DNA from: Methanothrix sp.
GTDB taxonomy: Archaea; Halobacteriota; Methanosarcinia; Methanotrichales; Methanotrichaceae
Direction: 5' to 3'
Assembly: GCA_025361645.1 (NCBI GenBank)
Contig: JANYKI010000026.1
Span: 18 to 64,017, forward strand
Length of the DNA stretch: 64,000 nt
Shown here in pieces: positions 7,367 through 16,810 of this stretch. How positions within the stretch are numbered: position 1 is the stretch's first letter; each line of letters opens with the position of its first letter. Below the pieces are notes generated by a model, which saw nothing but the letters and a program-made list of their open reading frames with translations, searched no databases and was not told where the DNA came from. A program made the position numbers and the translations under genes.

Positions 7367-8071
7367 ATGACAATTGCTGATGCAACTGATCAACAAGTTG
7401 AGACTTTAGTGGCAATGGCTAAAAATCTTCGAAACACATACAGAAAGGAATTGGAGTGCAAGAAGGAAAAAGGACATGCCACACTCAAGAGACCTGATTT
7501 CTTGTGGCATGAACTATTAGTGAGCTATTCAACTTGGGGCGGCATAAGCAGAAACGAAGGTATGATCACCGACAAAAATAGAAATCAGCAGATCACTTAT
7601 GATGAACTGAAGAACCTCAGCAATGAAGACCGTGTGAATAGGATTAGGCAAATCTTGAAGGATGCAAAGGTACACTACTACAAGAAAAAAGCTCCGATGC
7701 TTGCACGATGCTTTGAGATAATTGAAGAGATGGGTGGATTAGAGCAGGCCAATGCAATGCTGCTCAATAAAAAATGTGCAGCAGAAATGATTGAATTTCT
7801 GGACGATTTTCCGGGAATAGGTCCGAAGTATGCAAGAAATATTATGATGGATTGCCATCATCCGTTTTTCCGTGAAAAGATAGCGCTTGATTCACGCATC
7901 CGGTCCGTATCTAACGAATTGGGGCTGAATCTAAAGGCGTACCAGGATCATGAAAAATTCTACTTGAATATTGCAGAAGAAGCGGGAATAGAGGGATGGG
8001 AATTAGACCGATTGATTTTTGAACACAGAGACGAATTTCTAAATGCCTTAAGATCCACCTCCGAGCCTTAA
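7367..8071 (+). CDS. HhH-GPD-type DNA glycosylase/AP lyase-like protein
   Basis: FPGIGPKYARN helix-hairpin-helix with Lys, then IALDSRI Asp. Start is ATG 7367 or TTG 7346. Confidence 0.7.
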   Translation: MTIADATDQQVETLVAMAKNLRNTYRKELECKKEKGHATLKRPDFLWHELLVSYSTWGGISRNEGMITDKNRNQQITYDELKNLSNEDRVNRIRQILKDAKVHYYKKKAPMLARCFEIIEEMGGLEQANAMLLNKKCAAEMIEFLDDFPGIGPKYARNIMMDCHHPFFREKIALDSRIRSVSNELGLNLKAYQDHEKFYLNIAEEAGIEGWELDRLIFEHRDEFLNALRSTSEP

Positions 8072-8121
8072 TGCGTTACCATCTCCCAAACCTTTATCTC
8101 CTATCACCTCTTCCCTCCTTT

Positions 8122-8160
8122 AGTTCCGGAATGTGACCCGTTTTGGGTCGAACCGGTATG
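8122..8160 (+). promoter_or_regulatory. structured 5' leader of rpl15e, candidate ribosomal protein leader
   Basis: CCGG(8126-29)...GACCC GTTTT GGGTC...CCGG(8153-56) two-helix stem with an asymmetric internal loop, ending 15 nt before the ATG. Confidence 0.5.
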
Positions 8161-8171
8161 GGTGAAAAGAA

Positions 8172-8759
8172 ATGAAGTCTTTTTACAGTTATATCAGTGA
8201 TGCTTGGTCCTCTCCTCGAGAGGGATATGTTGGCGCACTGCGGCAGGACAGGCTCAAGGCCTGGCGCCAGGAAAGCACCGTGCAGAGGATAGATAAGCCC
8301 ACCCGCCTGGACAGGGCGCGCGCGCTCGGCTACAAGGCCAAGCAGGGCATTGTCATGGCACGTGTCAAGGTAAGACGCGGTGGACGGCGCAAGTCCCGTT
8401 ATGAGAGGAACCGAAAGACCAGCAAGATGGGCGTGAACGCCATCAGCATGGGCAAGTCCATTCAGAGGATCGCTGAGGAGCGGGCCGGAAGACGGTACCG
8501 CAACATGGAAGTTCTAAACTCTTACTGGGTGGCTGAGGATGGCAAGCAGAAGTTCTACGAGGTCATTTTAGTGGACCCGTGTGCTCCCTCCATCATGAAT
8601 GATAAGAACCTTAACTGGGTCTGCAATGATGTTCATCGCGGTAGGGCCGTGCGCGGCAAAACCAGCGCCGGTCGCAAGGGCAGAGGCCAGAGGCACAAGG
8701 GCTTCGGCACTGAGAAGACCAGGCCCGGCATCAGAGCCCACGACGGAAAAGGAAAGTAA
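8172..8759 (+). CDS. rpl15e: 50S ribosomal protein L15e
   Basis: [21 protein letters not shown]; [10 protein letters not shown]. Confidence 0.98.
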   Translation: MKSFYSYISDAWSSPREGYVGALRQDRLKAWRQESTVQRIDKPTRLDRARALGYKAKQGIVMARVKVRRGGRRKSRYERNRKTSKMGVNAISMGKSIQRIAEERAGRRYRNMEVLNSYWVAEDGKQKFYEVILVDPCAPSIMNDKNLNWVCNDVHRGRAVRGKTSAGRKGRGQRHKGFGTEKTRPGIRAHDGKGK

Positions 8760-9176
8760 GTGATTGACAAGGTCTCTTTCCGGGCCTTTGTGGCAGCAAC
8801 GGAAGACGAGGGCCGCGTGCGCGAGGCGCTCGCTGTCTTCGTTCCTCTGGACCGGATATCAGGAGTTACTGCTGAAGGCCATTTCGGAAACGAGATAAAA
8901 ATACTGGAGGCGGAGCTGCGAAAGCGTGAGGCTGCCGCCTTCTTTCAAATTCTTCGCGAGCAGCTTCCAACGGAAGACCTGCAGAGGCTTCGCCGGGAGA
9001 TCCCGGACCGGTTGGAGGGCGAAAGCCACTTCCACCTGCGCCTGGACAAACAGGCCGCCTACAAAGGCCTGCTGCGCCTGACCGACTCCAAGGATGCCCT
9101 GGACACAACAGTTCTCGTCAAGACCTATCCCGCCCGGCGCGAGTCGGCCTTGAAGATTATCAGCGAGCTCATATGA
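8760..9176 (+). CDS. DUF54 family predicted RNA-binding protein
   Basis: ATEDEGRV...GHFGNEI...HLRLDKQAAY; conserved position between rpl15e and rnp3. Confidence 0.85.
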   Translation: MIDKVSFRAFVAATEDEGRVREALAVFVPLDRISGVTAEGHFGNEIKILEAELRKREAAAFFQILREQLPTEDLQRLRREIPDRLEGESHFHLRLDKQAAYKGLLRLTDSKDALDTTVLVKTYPARRESALKIISELI

Positions 9177-9850
9177 GTTTTTTCGAATGCTTGAACGCCT
9201 TTCCGGAAGGTGCAGCCTCAGCTAGCCGCATGGCTCTGACTGCCAAGGGACTGGGCTATCAGGGCATAATCATCTGCAACTCTGAGCCGGGCAGGATCTT
9301 CATGCCCCAGGCAGCCGAGATGATCAAGGGAATCGAAGTGGCCGTCGGCGTAGAGGTGACGGCGCCTGGCAGCAAGGCGCTGAAAAGCCGCATCTCAGCT
9401 CTGCGTTCCAGATATCCATTTATCGTGGTTCGGGCCGGATCGGATGAGACAATCCGGGCGGCCTCTGAAGACCCCAATGTGGACCTTCTCATGCATCCTT
9501 GCGACGTGCGGCGTCCTTTAGGCATCGCCACAGCCCGAGCCGCCAAGCTAAATCAGGTCTCCATCGGCTTTGACCTGAGTGGCCTGGTGCACCTAAGGGG
9601 TGCCTCGCGTTCTCGCTGGCTGCAAGCTGTTCGCCGCAATCTGCAGCTTGTGAGAAAGTTCGATCTACACCCGGTTATCACCGCGAGCGCGAATTCCCAC
9701 CTTGACCTGCATTCTCCCCGGGACCTGGTGGCTATGGCAGAGGTGGCGGGCTTTGAGCAGGATGAGGCTAAGGAAGCTCTCTCTCGGTCGGGAATACTGC
9801 TGGCCCTCAATCGCAGAAAATGGGTAGGCCCGGGAGTAGAGCTCCTATGA
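9173..9850 (+). CDS. rnp3: RNase P protein component 3 (Rpp30)
   Basis: PHP-like barrel pattern, ANSHLDLHSPRD; operon context. Confidence 0.9.
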   Translation: MSFFECLNAFPEGAASASRMALTAKGLGYQGIIICNSEPGRIFMPQAAEMIKGIEVAVGVEVTAPGSKALKSRISALRSRYPFIVVRAGSDETIRAASEDPNVDLLMHPCDVRRPLGIATARAAKLNQVSIGFDLSGLVHLRGASRSRWLQAVRRNLQLVRKFDLHPVITASANSHLDLHSPRDLVAMAEVAGFEQDEAKEALSRSGILLALNRRKWVGPGVELL

Positions 9851-10386
9851 GAAGCAGACTTCCCGTGCTGCGGGGCAGAAGACGGTACATGATCTTCGAG
9901 CTTGTGTCGGAAGGCGAAATTTCGCCTAAAGATCTGATGAGCGAGATTAACTCATCTCAGTTTTCCCTTTTCGGCGACGAGGGAGCCGCGAAAAACCATC
10001 TCAAAATGATCGCTTTCAATGGCCGCTATGGCCTGATCCGTTTTTCCCATATCCATGTTCAGGAGACACGGGCAACATTGGCCACGGTTCATTCCATTCA
10101 CGGGATTCGAGTCGCCATCCATACAAAAGGCGTCTCGGGAACAATCAAATCCGCTACAGAAAAGTATTTACCAAGACTGAGCAAAATATGTGCTGAAAGC
10201 GACAAAAGAAGAATCGAACTGAAAGACGTTTCCGGGTGTATTATCCGCACCCATGGTGTAAAAGTCGATCTATGTCCGGACGATCGCAATAAGTGCATAG
10301 GATCAGACACCCAATATTTGGGGCTGACCTCTTTTGATTTAAGTGGAGGACACGAGGATGCAGATGGCACCGCAGATGGGTTATGA
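9847..10386 (+). CDS. rnp2: RNase P protein component 2 (Pop5/Rpp14) with C-terminal extension
   Basis: [11 protein letters not shown]...GVSGTIK motif; ATG overlaps the rnp3 stop. Confidence 0.88.
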   Translation: MRSRLPVLRGRRRYMIFELVSEGEISPKDLMSEINSSQFSLFGDEGAAKNHLKMIAFNGRYGLIRFSHIHVQETRATLATVHSIHGIRVAIHTKGVSGTIKSATEKYLPRLSKICAESDKRRIELKDVSGCIIRTHGVKVDLCPDDRNKCIGSDTQYLGLTSFDLSGGHEDADGTADGL

Positions 10387-11134
10387 CAGGGCTATTACCG
10401 TATTCAGCCCTGACGGCAGATTATTTCAAGTTGAATATGCCCGCGAGGCCGTGCGAAGAGGAACGACGGCTGTGGGCATCAAGTCAAAAGACGGCGTGGC
10501 TGTACTGGTAGACAAGAGAATCACCAGCAGGCTCATGGAGCCCAAGTCCATTGAGAAGATCTTTCAGATAGACACGCACATCGGCGCCGCCACTTCTGGC
10601 CTGGTAGCAGACGCCAGAGTCCTGATCGACAGATCCCGGGTAGAGAGCCAGATAAACCGGCTGGTCTACGACGAGCCCATTGGTGTAGAGGCCCTGGCCA
10701 AGAAGATCTGCGACTTCAAGCAGCAATATACTCAGTACGGCGGAGTAAGGCCCTTTGGAACGGCGCTGCTCATCATTGGCGCAGAGGAGGATAGAACTCG
10801 CCTCTTTGAGACCGACCCGTCCGGCGCTTTATTGGAATACAAGGCAACGGGCATTGGAGCCGGCAGATCGTCAGTGATGGAGGTCTTCGAGGAGAAGTAT
10901 AGAGAAGACCTGACCATGGATGAGGCCGTGCTCTTGGGCCTGGAGGCGCTCTACAAGGCTGCGGAAGGCAAGGTAGAAGCGGCCACAACTGAGATTGGCA
11001 TCATCAAACTGGGCGACAAAAAGTTTTACAAATTGACGGAGAATGAAGTCGCCACTTATGTTGAACGTATGAAGGCAGCCGTCGCCGCCAGCAAAGTTGA
11101 GAAGGGAGAGAAAGGAGAAAAAGGAGAGGCATAG
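10358..11134 (+). CDS. psmA: proteasome subunit alpha
   Basis: [25 protein letters not shown]. Confidence 0.98.
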   Translation: MQMAPQMGYDRAITVFSPDGRLFQVEYAREAVRRGTTAVGIKSKDGVAVLVDKRITSRLMEPKSIEKIFQIDTHIGAATSGLVADARVLIDRSRVESQINRLVYDEPIGVEALAKKICDFKQQYTQYGGVRPFGTALLIIGAEEDRTRLFETDPSGALLEYKATGIGAGRSSVMEVFEEKYREDLTMDEAVLLGLEALYKAAEGKVEAATTEIGIIKLGDKKFYKLTENEVATYVERMKAAVAASKVEKGEKGEKGEA

Positions 11135-11136
11135 GA

Positions 11137-11835
11137 ATGGTCAGACTGGATGACGCAGTTCCTGCCAGACTCAAGACCCACGGAACCACCTTTGAGGTTT
11201 TAGTGGATCCCGATGGAGCCCTGGCCCTGAAGAGGGGGGACCGCGTCAACCTGGAAGATATCCTGGCAGTAGAGGATATCTTTGAAAATGCCTCTCGTGG
11301 AGACCGTAGCCCGGAAGAAGATCTGCAAAAGGCCTTCGGCACGTTGGAAGTCCTGCCCATTGCCGAGATCATCATTAAAAAGGGCGATATCAGCCTGACG
11401 GCTGAGCAGAGAAAACAGTTCATCGAGAATAAACGCCGCCAGGTCATAGAGGTCATAGCCAGAAATGCTATCAATCCCCAGACCAAAACACCTCACCCGC
11501 CTGGAAGAATCGAGCAGGCCATGACCGAGGCCCGCGTCAATATCGACCCCACGAAATCCATCGATGAGCTGGTCAAGATCGCCATGAAGGCCATCCGGCC
11601 TCTTATCCCCATAAGATTCGAGGAGGTTGAGGTGGCGGTAAAAATCCCTTCCGCGTATGCTCCCAAGGCTTACGGCGAAGTTGCAGCCTACGGCAAGCTC
11701 AGTCGGGAGGCATGGCAGAACGATGGCTCATGGATTGGCGTGGTCCAGATACCGGCAGGCATGCAGACCGAATTCTACGCCCTTATCAACCGGCTGACCA
11801 GAGGCGAAGCTGAGACGAAGCTTCTTAAGCATTGA
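11137..11835 (+). CDS. ribosome maturation factor, SBDS/Sdo1 family
   Basis: ARLKTHGTTFEVLVDP...INPQTKTPHPPGRIE. Confidence 0.95.
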   Translation: MVRLDDAVPARLKTHGTTFEVLVDPDGALALKRGDRVNLEDILAVEDIFENASRGDRSPEEDLQKAFGTLEVLPIAEIIIKKGDISLTAEQRKQFIENKRRQVIEVIARNAINPQTKTPHPPGRIEQAMTEARVNIDPTKSIDELVKIAMKAIRPLIPIRFEEVEVAVKIPSAYAPKAYGEVAAYGKLSREAWQNDGSWIGVVQIPAGMQTEFYALINRLTRGEAETKLLKH

Positions 11836-11854
11836 GGATGGGAGTTAAAAGCGC

Positions 11855-12520
11855 ATGGATCGCAAGGTGGTAGTACCAGGTGATCTTCTCTCTGAGGATG
11901 CCAAGAGGTCGGGCGAGGGGACGTATGTAAAGAATGGAAGCGTCTACTCCTTGCTATATGGTCTTGCGAACTTTAGGGATAAGATAAATGTCATACCCCT
12001 GGCGGGAAAGTATGTACCCGTACCGGGGGACAACGTCATAGGTGTCGTGAAGGATATAACCTTCTCCAATTGGATCGTGGATATAAACTCGCCCTACGAT
12101 GGGCTGCTGCACATCTCTGAGTTCCCAAAAAGGATCGAATCGGAAGAGATGTCCAAGCATTTGCACATTGGCAGCTCTATCATGACCCGGGTGACGGATG
12201 TAGATCCCACTATGAAGGTGGAGCTTACTTTGAACGACAAAAAGCTCGGCCTGATCAAGGCCGGCCAGGTCATCGAGATAAGCCATACAAGAGTTCCCAG
12301 GCTCATAGGCAAGGGCGGCTCCATGATCAGCATGCTGAAGAAAGAGGTAAACTGTAACATCTTCGTTGGCCAGAACGGCAGAATCTGGATCCACGGGGGT
12401 ACAGAGGATATGGATCTGGCTCTGAAGACCATAACTCTGATTGATCGGGAAGCCCATACCAATGGTCTCACGGACCGGATTGTGGACTTCCTAAAGACGG
12501 AGAAAGGGGCCAGAAGTTGA
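11855..12520 (+). CDS. rrp4: exosome RNA-binding protein Rrp4
   Basis: VVPGDLL N-terminus, S1 and KH domains ([10 protein letters not shown]). Confidence 0.95.
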   Translation: MDRKVVVPGDLLSEDAKRSGEGTYVKNGSVYSLLYGLANFRDKINVIPLAGKYVPVPGDNVIGVVKDITFSNWIVDINSPYDGLLHISEFPKRIESEEMSKHLHIGSSIMTRVTDVDPTMKVELTLNDKKLGLIKAGQVIEISHTRVPRLIGKGGSMISMLKKEVNCNIFVGQNGRIWIHGGTEDMDLALKTITLIDREAHTNGLTDRIVDFLKTEKGARS

Positions 12521-12525
12521 TCGCT

Positions 12526-13278
12526 ATGGATGAGACTGATATATCATTTTTCAAAGATGGACTGCGCCTGGATGGCCGAAAGGCAGATCAGCTCCGACCT
12601 GTGAAAATCGAGGTGGGAGTCCTGGCCAGAGCAGACGGCTCATGCTACATCGAGATGGGTGGAAATAAGGTCATTGCGGCAGTATACGGGCCCAGGGAGG
12701 TACATCCCAGACACTTGCAGGAAGCTACCCGGGCTATTGTGCGCTACCGGTACAATATGGCCTCCTTCTCCGTTGAGGACCGAAAACGACCGGGGCCGGA
12801 CCGAAGGTCACAAGAGCTTTCCAAGGTCAGCCGGGAGGCACTGGAGCCTGTCATACTGACCAGCTTCTTCCCCCGATCGGTCATAGACGTCTTTGTAGAG
12901 GTGCTTCAAGCTGATGCGGGGACTAGGACTGCCGGTATAAATGCAGCGGCAGTGGCTCTAGCTGATGCAGGAATACCAATGAAGAGCATGATATCGTCCT
13001 GTGCGGCGGGAAAAGTGGCAGATACCATAATTCTTGATCCCATGAAAGAGGAGGACAACTTCGGCCAGGCAGACCTGCCCATTGCCATGACTCCCAACGG
13101 GGACATTACCTTGCTGCAAATGGACGGCGGCCTCACCCCGGACGAGTTTCAGAGAGCAGTGGAGATGGCCATGAAGGGGGCGAGAGACATCTACGAGCTG
13201 CAAAGAGATGCCCTGGTGAAGAAATACAGCCAGATGGTAGAACAGCCCGGGCGAGAGGAGGTGCATGTCTGTGACTAA
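12526..13278 (+). CDS. rrp41: exosome component Rrp41
   Basis: [16 protein letters not shown]...[13 protein letters not shown] RNase PH motifs. Confidence 0.96.
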   Translation: MDETDISFFKDGLRLDGRKADQLRPVKIEVGVLARADGSCYIEMGGNKVIAAVYGPREVHPRHLQEATRAIVRYRYNMASFSVEDRKRPGPDRRSQELSKVSREALEPVILTSFFPRSVIDVFVEVLQADAGTRTAGINAAAVALADAGIPMKSMISSCAAGKVADTIILDPMKEEDNFGQADLPIAMTPNGDITLLQMDGGLTPDEFQRAVEMAMKGARDIYELQRDALVKKYSQMVEQPGREEVHVCD

Positions 13279-14047
13279 CGTCATCTCCGAGATAAAAAAG
13301 GACTTTATTTACAACCTGCTGCTCAAAGGAGAGAGAATCGATGGCCGTACCTTTGATCAGTACCGGGAGATATCCATCCAGAGAGATGTGATCCGCAAGG
13401 CGGAAGGCAGTGCGCTTGTTAAATTAGGCTCCAGCCAGGTGCTGGTGGGCGTGAAGATGCAGCCCGGAGAGCCTTTCCAGGATACGCCCAATAAGGGTGT
13501 CATCATCACCAATGCTGAGCTGGTGCCGCTTGCCTCACCTTCCTTTGAGCCGGGTCCGCCCAATGAGATGGGAATTGAGCTGGCGCGCCTCGTGGATCGC
13601 GGCGTGCGCGAATCCAAGGCAGTGGATCTGGAGGCGCTTTGCATTATACCCGGTAAGCAGGTCTGGATCATATTCATAGATGTGCATATCCTGGATGACT
13701 GCGGAAATATCCTCGATGCTGCCTCGCTGGGCGCTATCGCCGCGCTAATGTCCACTAAGGTGCCTGCAGCTCGGTTTGGCCTGGGCGAGGACTACATCTT
13801 GCCCATAAGAGATATTCCCATAGCTACGACGGCCATTGAGTTCAATGACGTCTTGATGTTTGATCCCGGTGTGGATGAAGAGGCTATCGCCAACACCCGT
13901 CTCACAATTATATCTACGATGAACGGCAATATCTGCGGCTCACAGAAGAGCGGCACGGGAATGCTTAAACCTGAACAGGTCTACCGCATCATTGATATAG
14001 CATGTGAGAAAGCGAAAGAAATCCGGGAAAAGTTTCTGGAAGCATAA
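13265..14047 (+). CDS. rrp42: exosome component Rrp42
   Basis: [13 protein letters not shown]...[11 protein letters not shown]; RNase PH fold. Confidence 0.96.
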   Translation: MSVTNVISEIKKDFIYNLLLKGERIDGRTFDQYREISIQRDVIRKAEGSALVKLGSSQVLVGVKMQPGEPFQDTPNKGVIITNAELVPLASPSFEPGPPNEMGIELARLVDRGVRESKAVDLEALCIIPGKQVWIIFIDVHILDDCGNILDAASLGAIAALMSTKVPAARFGLGEDYILPIRDIPIATTAIEFNDVLMFDPGVDEEAIANTRLTIISTMNGNICGSQKSGTGMLKPEQVYRIIDIACEKAKEIREKFLEA

Positions 14048-14062
14048 ACGGAAGTTACGATC

Positions 14063-14344
14063 ATGGCAAATCAGACTAAAAAAGGAAGGAAGAGCAGGTC
14101 CGCAGCCCGGTTTGGTCCCAGGTACGGCCGCAAATCGCGAAAGCAAGTGGCAGATTCGGAAGAGAAGAGCAAGGCTTCGTATGACTGCCCTTCGTGCAAT
14201 AGGAATAGAGTAAGAAGGACAAGCACAGCCATCTGGAGCTGCAGCAAATGCGGCTATACCTTTGCTGGCGGCTCTTTCCTGCCGGAGACGTCTCTGGGCC
14301 GTTCAGTGATAAGGTCTCTCAAGAAGACTCTTGAGGCGGATTAG
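14063..14344 (+). CDS. rpl37ae: 50S ribosomal protein L37Ae (eL43)
   Basis: RFGPRYG...CPSC...IWSCSKCGYTFAGG. Confidence 0.96.
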   Translation: MANQTKKGRKSRSAARFGPRYGRKSRKQVADSEEKSKASYDCPSCNRNRVRRTSTAIWSCSKCGYTFAGGSFLPETSLGRSVIRSLKKTLEAD

Positions 14345-14347
14345 AAG

Positions 14348-14485
14348 ATGGCTTATAAGTGCACCAGATGCAAGAAGACTGTGGAGGTTGATTACGAGTA
14401 CAGCGGCATACGCTGTCCGTATTGTGGGCATAGGATCCTGATGAAGGAGCGGCCCACCACGGTCAAGAAGATGCAAGCCGTCTGA
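14348..14485 (+). CDS. rpoP: RNA polymerase subunit P (Rpo12); absent from the ORF track
   Basis: Hand translation [45 protein letters not shown] (45 aa). Confidence 0.95.
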   Translation: MAYKCTRCKKTVEVDYEYSGIRCPYCGHRILMKERPTTVKKMQAV

Positions 14486-14898
14486 TGATCGTCACCACCT
14501 CGCGCGATCCTTCCAGCAAGGCGAGAAGGTTTGCTAGAGCCATGGCCTCGTTCCTGTCTCTGCCTTATGTGAATCGGGGAAAGCAAAAGACAGGAGAGGA
14601 CGAAACCTGGCTGGTGGTGATAGAGGACCACGGCAATCCGGCCGGTCTGGTCAAACGCTCCTCGGAAAAAGAGGAGCAATTGAGCTTCCGGCTCTCAGGA
14701 GAAACGGAGGCAAGACGGCTCAAGATGAGCGTGCCGAAGGTTGCCGGCAAAGGCATAGTCGCTCAATCAATTGCACAGTTCTTTGAGCTGGAGTGGCTTT
14801 GCGAGGCCGTTCCTGCTCAGGGGCGCATAATCTGGGTTGCACCTGGTAATATTGATTTCATAGATGAGGGCCAGGCCAAATTCAGGCTGAAAGTATGA
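14485..14898 (+). CDS. Brix/Imp4-like domain protein (short)
   Basis: [18 protein letters not shown]...YVNRGK; operon position. Confidence 0.8.
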   Translation: MIVTTSRDPSSKARRFARAMASFLSLPYVNRGKQKTGEDETWLVVIEDHGNPAGLVKRSSEKEEQLSFRLSGETEARRLKMSVPKVAGKGIVAQSIAQFFELEWLCEAVPAQGRIIWVAPGNIDFIDEGQAKFRLKV

Positions 14899-15122
14899 AG
14901 GGTTGTGCAGAGTTCGTGTTTGAAAGCGAGCATGCCCCTGTGATCTATCAGGCACTTCTGCCCGAACTTGGAGACGAGCTGCATAGGTCCAATGTATTAC
15001 TAGGCCTGGAAGACGGTTCTATTCGATTGGAGATCCGGGGCGAGGATACAGTCTCTCTCCGGGCAGCTTTAAATACCTGGATCAGGTTGGTTAAGATCGC
15101 ATTTGAGATGGTGAGTTTATGA
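14895..15122 (+). CDS. pcc1: KEOPS complex subunit Pcc1
   Basis: DTVSLRAALNTWIRLVKIA motif. Confidence 0.9.
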   Translation: MKGCAEFVFESEHAPVIYQALLPELGDELHRSNVLLGLEDGSIRLEIRGEDTVSLRAALNTWIRLVKIAFEMVSL

Positions 15123-15481
15123 GTGGCGAATTGCCTCCGCAGATACAAAATCAGTTGGCTCAGCTCCAGCAGCTCCAGCAGCAAGCTCAGGCTGTCATGG
15201 CTCAGAAGGGCCAGATCGAAGGTCTGATCAGGGAGACTGAAGCAGCGTTGAAGGAACTGGAGAAGAGTGCAGACGACGCCGTTATATACAAGAGCGTCGG
15301 GGAACTTCTCTTTAAAGCTGATAAGCAGAAGCTGATTGATGAGCTGAAAGAGAGAAAGGATATGAATGAAATCCGGAAAAAGAACATGGCCAATCAGGAA
15401 GAACGCATTCAGGGCCGGTTCACTCAGCTTCAAGAGCAGCTTAAAATGGCATTAGGTCAGGTGCCGCCCAAGGGCGGCTAA
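15119..15481 (+). CDS. pfdB: prefoldin subunit beta
   Basis: LPPQIQNQLAQLQQLQQQ...IYKSVGELL. Confidence 0.95.
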   Translation: MSGELPPQIQNQLAQLQQLQQQAQAVMAQKGQIEGLIRETEAALKELEKSADDAVIYKSVGELLFKADKQKLIDELKERKDMNEIRKKNMANQEERIQGRFTQLQEQLKMALGQVPPKGG

Positions 15482-15492
15482 AATCCATTTGC

Positions 15493-15569
<77 letters not shown>

Positions 15570-15601
15570 TTATTATTACTATTATTATTTTAGGAGGATT
15601 T

Positions 15602-15790
15602 ATGTGCGAACTTACGGTTTACCTTTTGAAAGGCAACTCTCGCGAAAGGGCAATGGAAGGCGTAGTCAGGCTCATGGCCCATAACGGCAAGGTGCTCATG
15701 GAAGGCATATTTGGCGATTCCATGGAAGTGGAAGGACGGCTGGCCGATGTAGATATCATGTCCCAGTCGGCGAATATCATCGCGAATTAG
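15602..15790 (+). CDS. CooT-family small protein
   Basis: MCELTVYL...MEGV...EGIFGDSMEVEG pattern. Confidence 0.8.
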   Translation: MCELTVYLLKGNSRERAMEGVVRLMAHNGKVLMEGIFGDSMEVEGRLADVDIMSQSANIIAN

Positions 15791-15967
15791 ATCAATCCAT
15801 ATACCGGTCTTCGCTTGTCTGGCCTGGCTGGTGGCAGGAAGGATCTGGGCCAGGGCCAGGAGATACGATGCCTAGACCGTGCCCCAACTTCTGGTAAATA
15901 AAAATCCATCCAAAAACTATTTCGCTGGGTACTCTAATGATGACAATCTATCATTAAGGAGTGGGCA

Positions 15968-16789
15968 ATGGCGAGAGGCGAAAGCAGCAATAATTCCGAG
16001 AGCAATGTGGCTATCCAGGTCATCGAGTCCACGCGGAGGGCCGCCACAGATAAGCTATGCAACAACCCGGAAAGAAAAAAGCAGATTAAAATATTGGGCC
16101 TGAATTTAGGCATTGCCGCCGCCGACATAATTACCTTAAAGCTAGGTCTACTAGGAGGCGGCGCATTGGGATTTGCCTTTGGCAGCACAATCATCTTCTT
16201 AAGCGCCGTCGGGGTAATCTACGGCAATTATAGGCTCTTTGCCGAACCTCAAAGATCAATCCCAATGCCACCGACGCCGGACAAATATATTATACTATTG
16301 GATAAGCATCGCGGGATTAAAACATTCGAAGAAGACATTGACCTGGCAAAAAATCAGATTGTGCGAATGCAGAGAAAGATTAAAACTATCCGAGATCTCA
16401 TTGCGCAGACCTTCGGTGGCTCAGAGATCACCTGCCATAAATTTATTGCGGTCATCAATGAGTTGGAGAAAGCGTTCTATATGAATATTCAAATTATAAT
16501 CAATAAATTAGATACATTTGATTTAGATACCTTTGATGGAAAAGATTTCATTTCAGAAAACGGATCAGGGGACGTTTCGCAGCAAATCATTGAAGCAAAG
16601 GGTAAAGTCCGTGACAAATATGTCAATTCCATTAAAGCCGCCACTGAAGAGAATGAACAGATTCTGTTGATGCTGGATAATCTGTTGTTTGGGATCTCAG
16701 AAATAGAAGACGGGGATCGCATCCCACCGGATCAAATTGTCGAAATGATCGATCGTCTGCTCGAAGATGTAAAAAAATATATTATGTGA
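15968..16789 (+). CDS. membrane-anchored helical protein, first gene of a vWA/TelA operon
   Basis: 273 aa; two hydrophobic segments near residues 45-85 followed by a helical domain. Confidence 0.7.
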   Translation: MARGESSNNSESNVAIQVIESTRRAATDKLCNNPERKKQIKILGLNLGIAAADIITLKLGLLGGGALGFAFGSTIIFLSAVGVIYGNYRLFAEPQRSIPMPPTPDKYIILLDKHRGIKTFEEDIDLAKNQIVRMQRKIKTIRDLIAQTFGGSEITCHKFIAVINELEKAFYMNIQIIINKLDTFDLDTFDGKDFISENGSGDVSQQIIEAKGKVRDKYVNSIKAATEENEQILLMLDNLLFGISEIEDGDRIPPDQIVEMIDRLLEDVKKYIM

Positions 16790-16810
16790 GGGGAGGAGGG
16801 AAATATCAAC

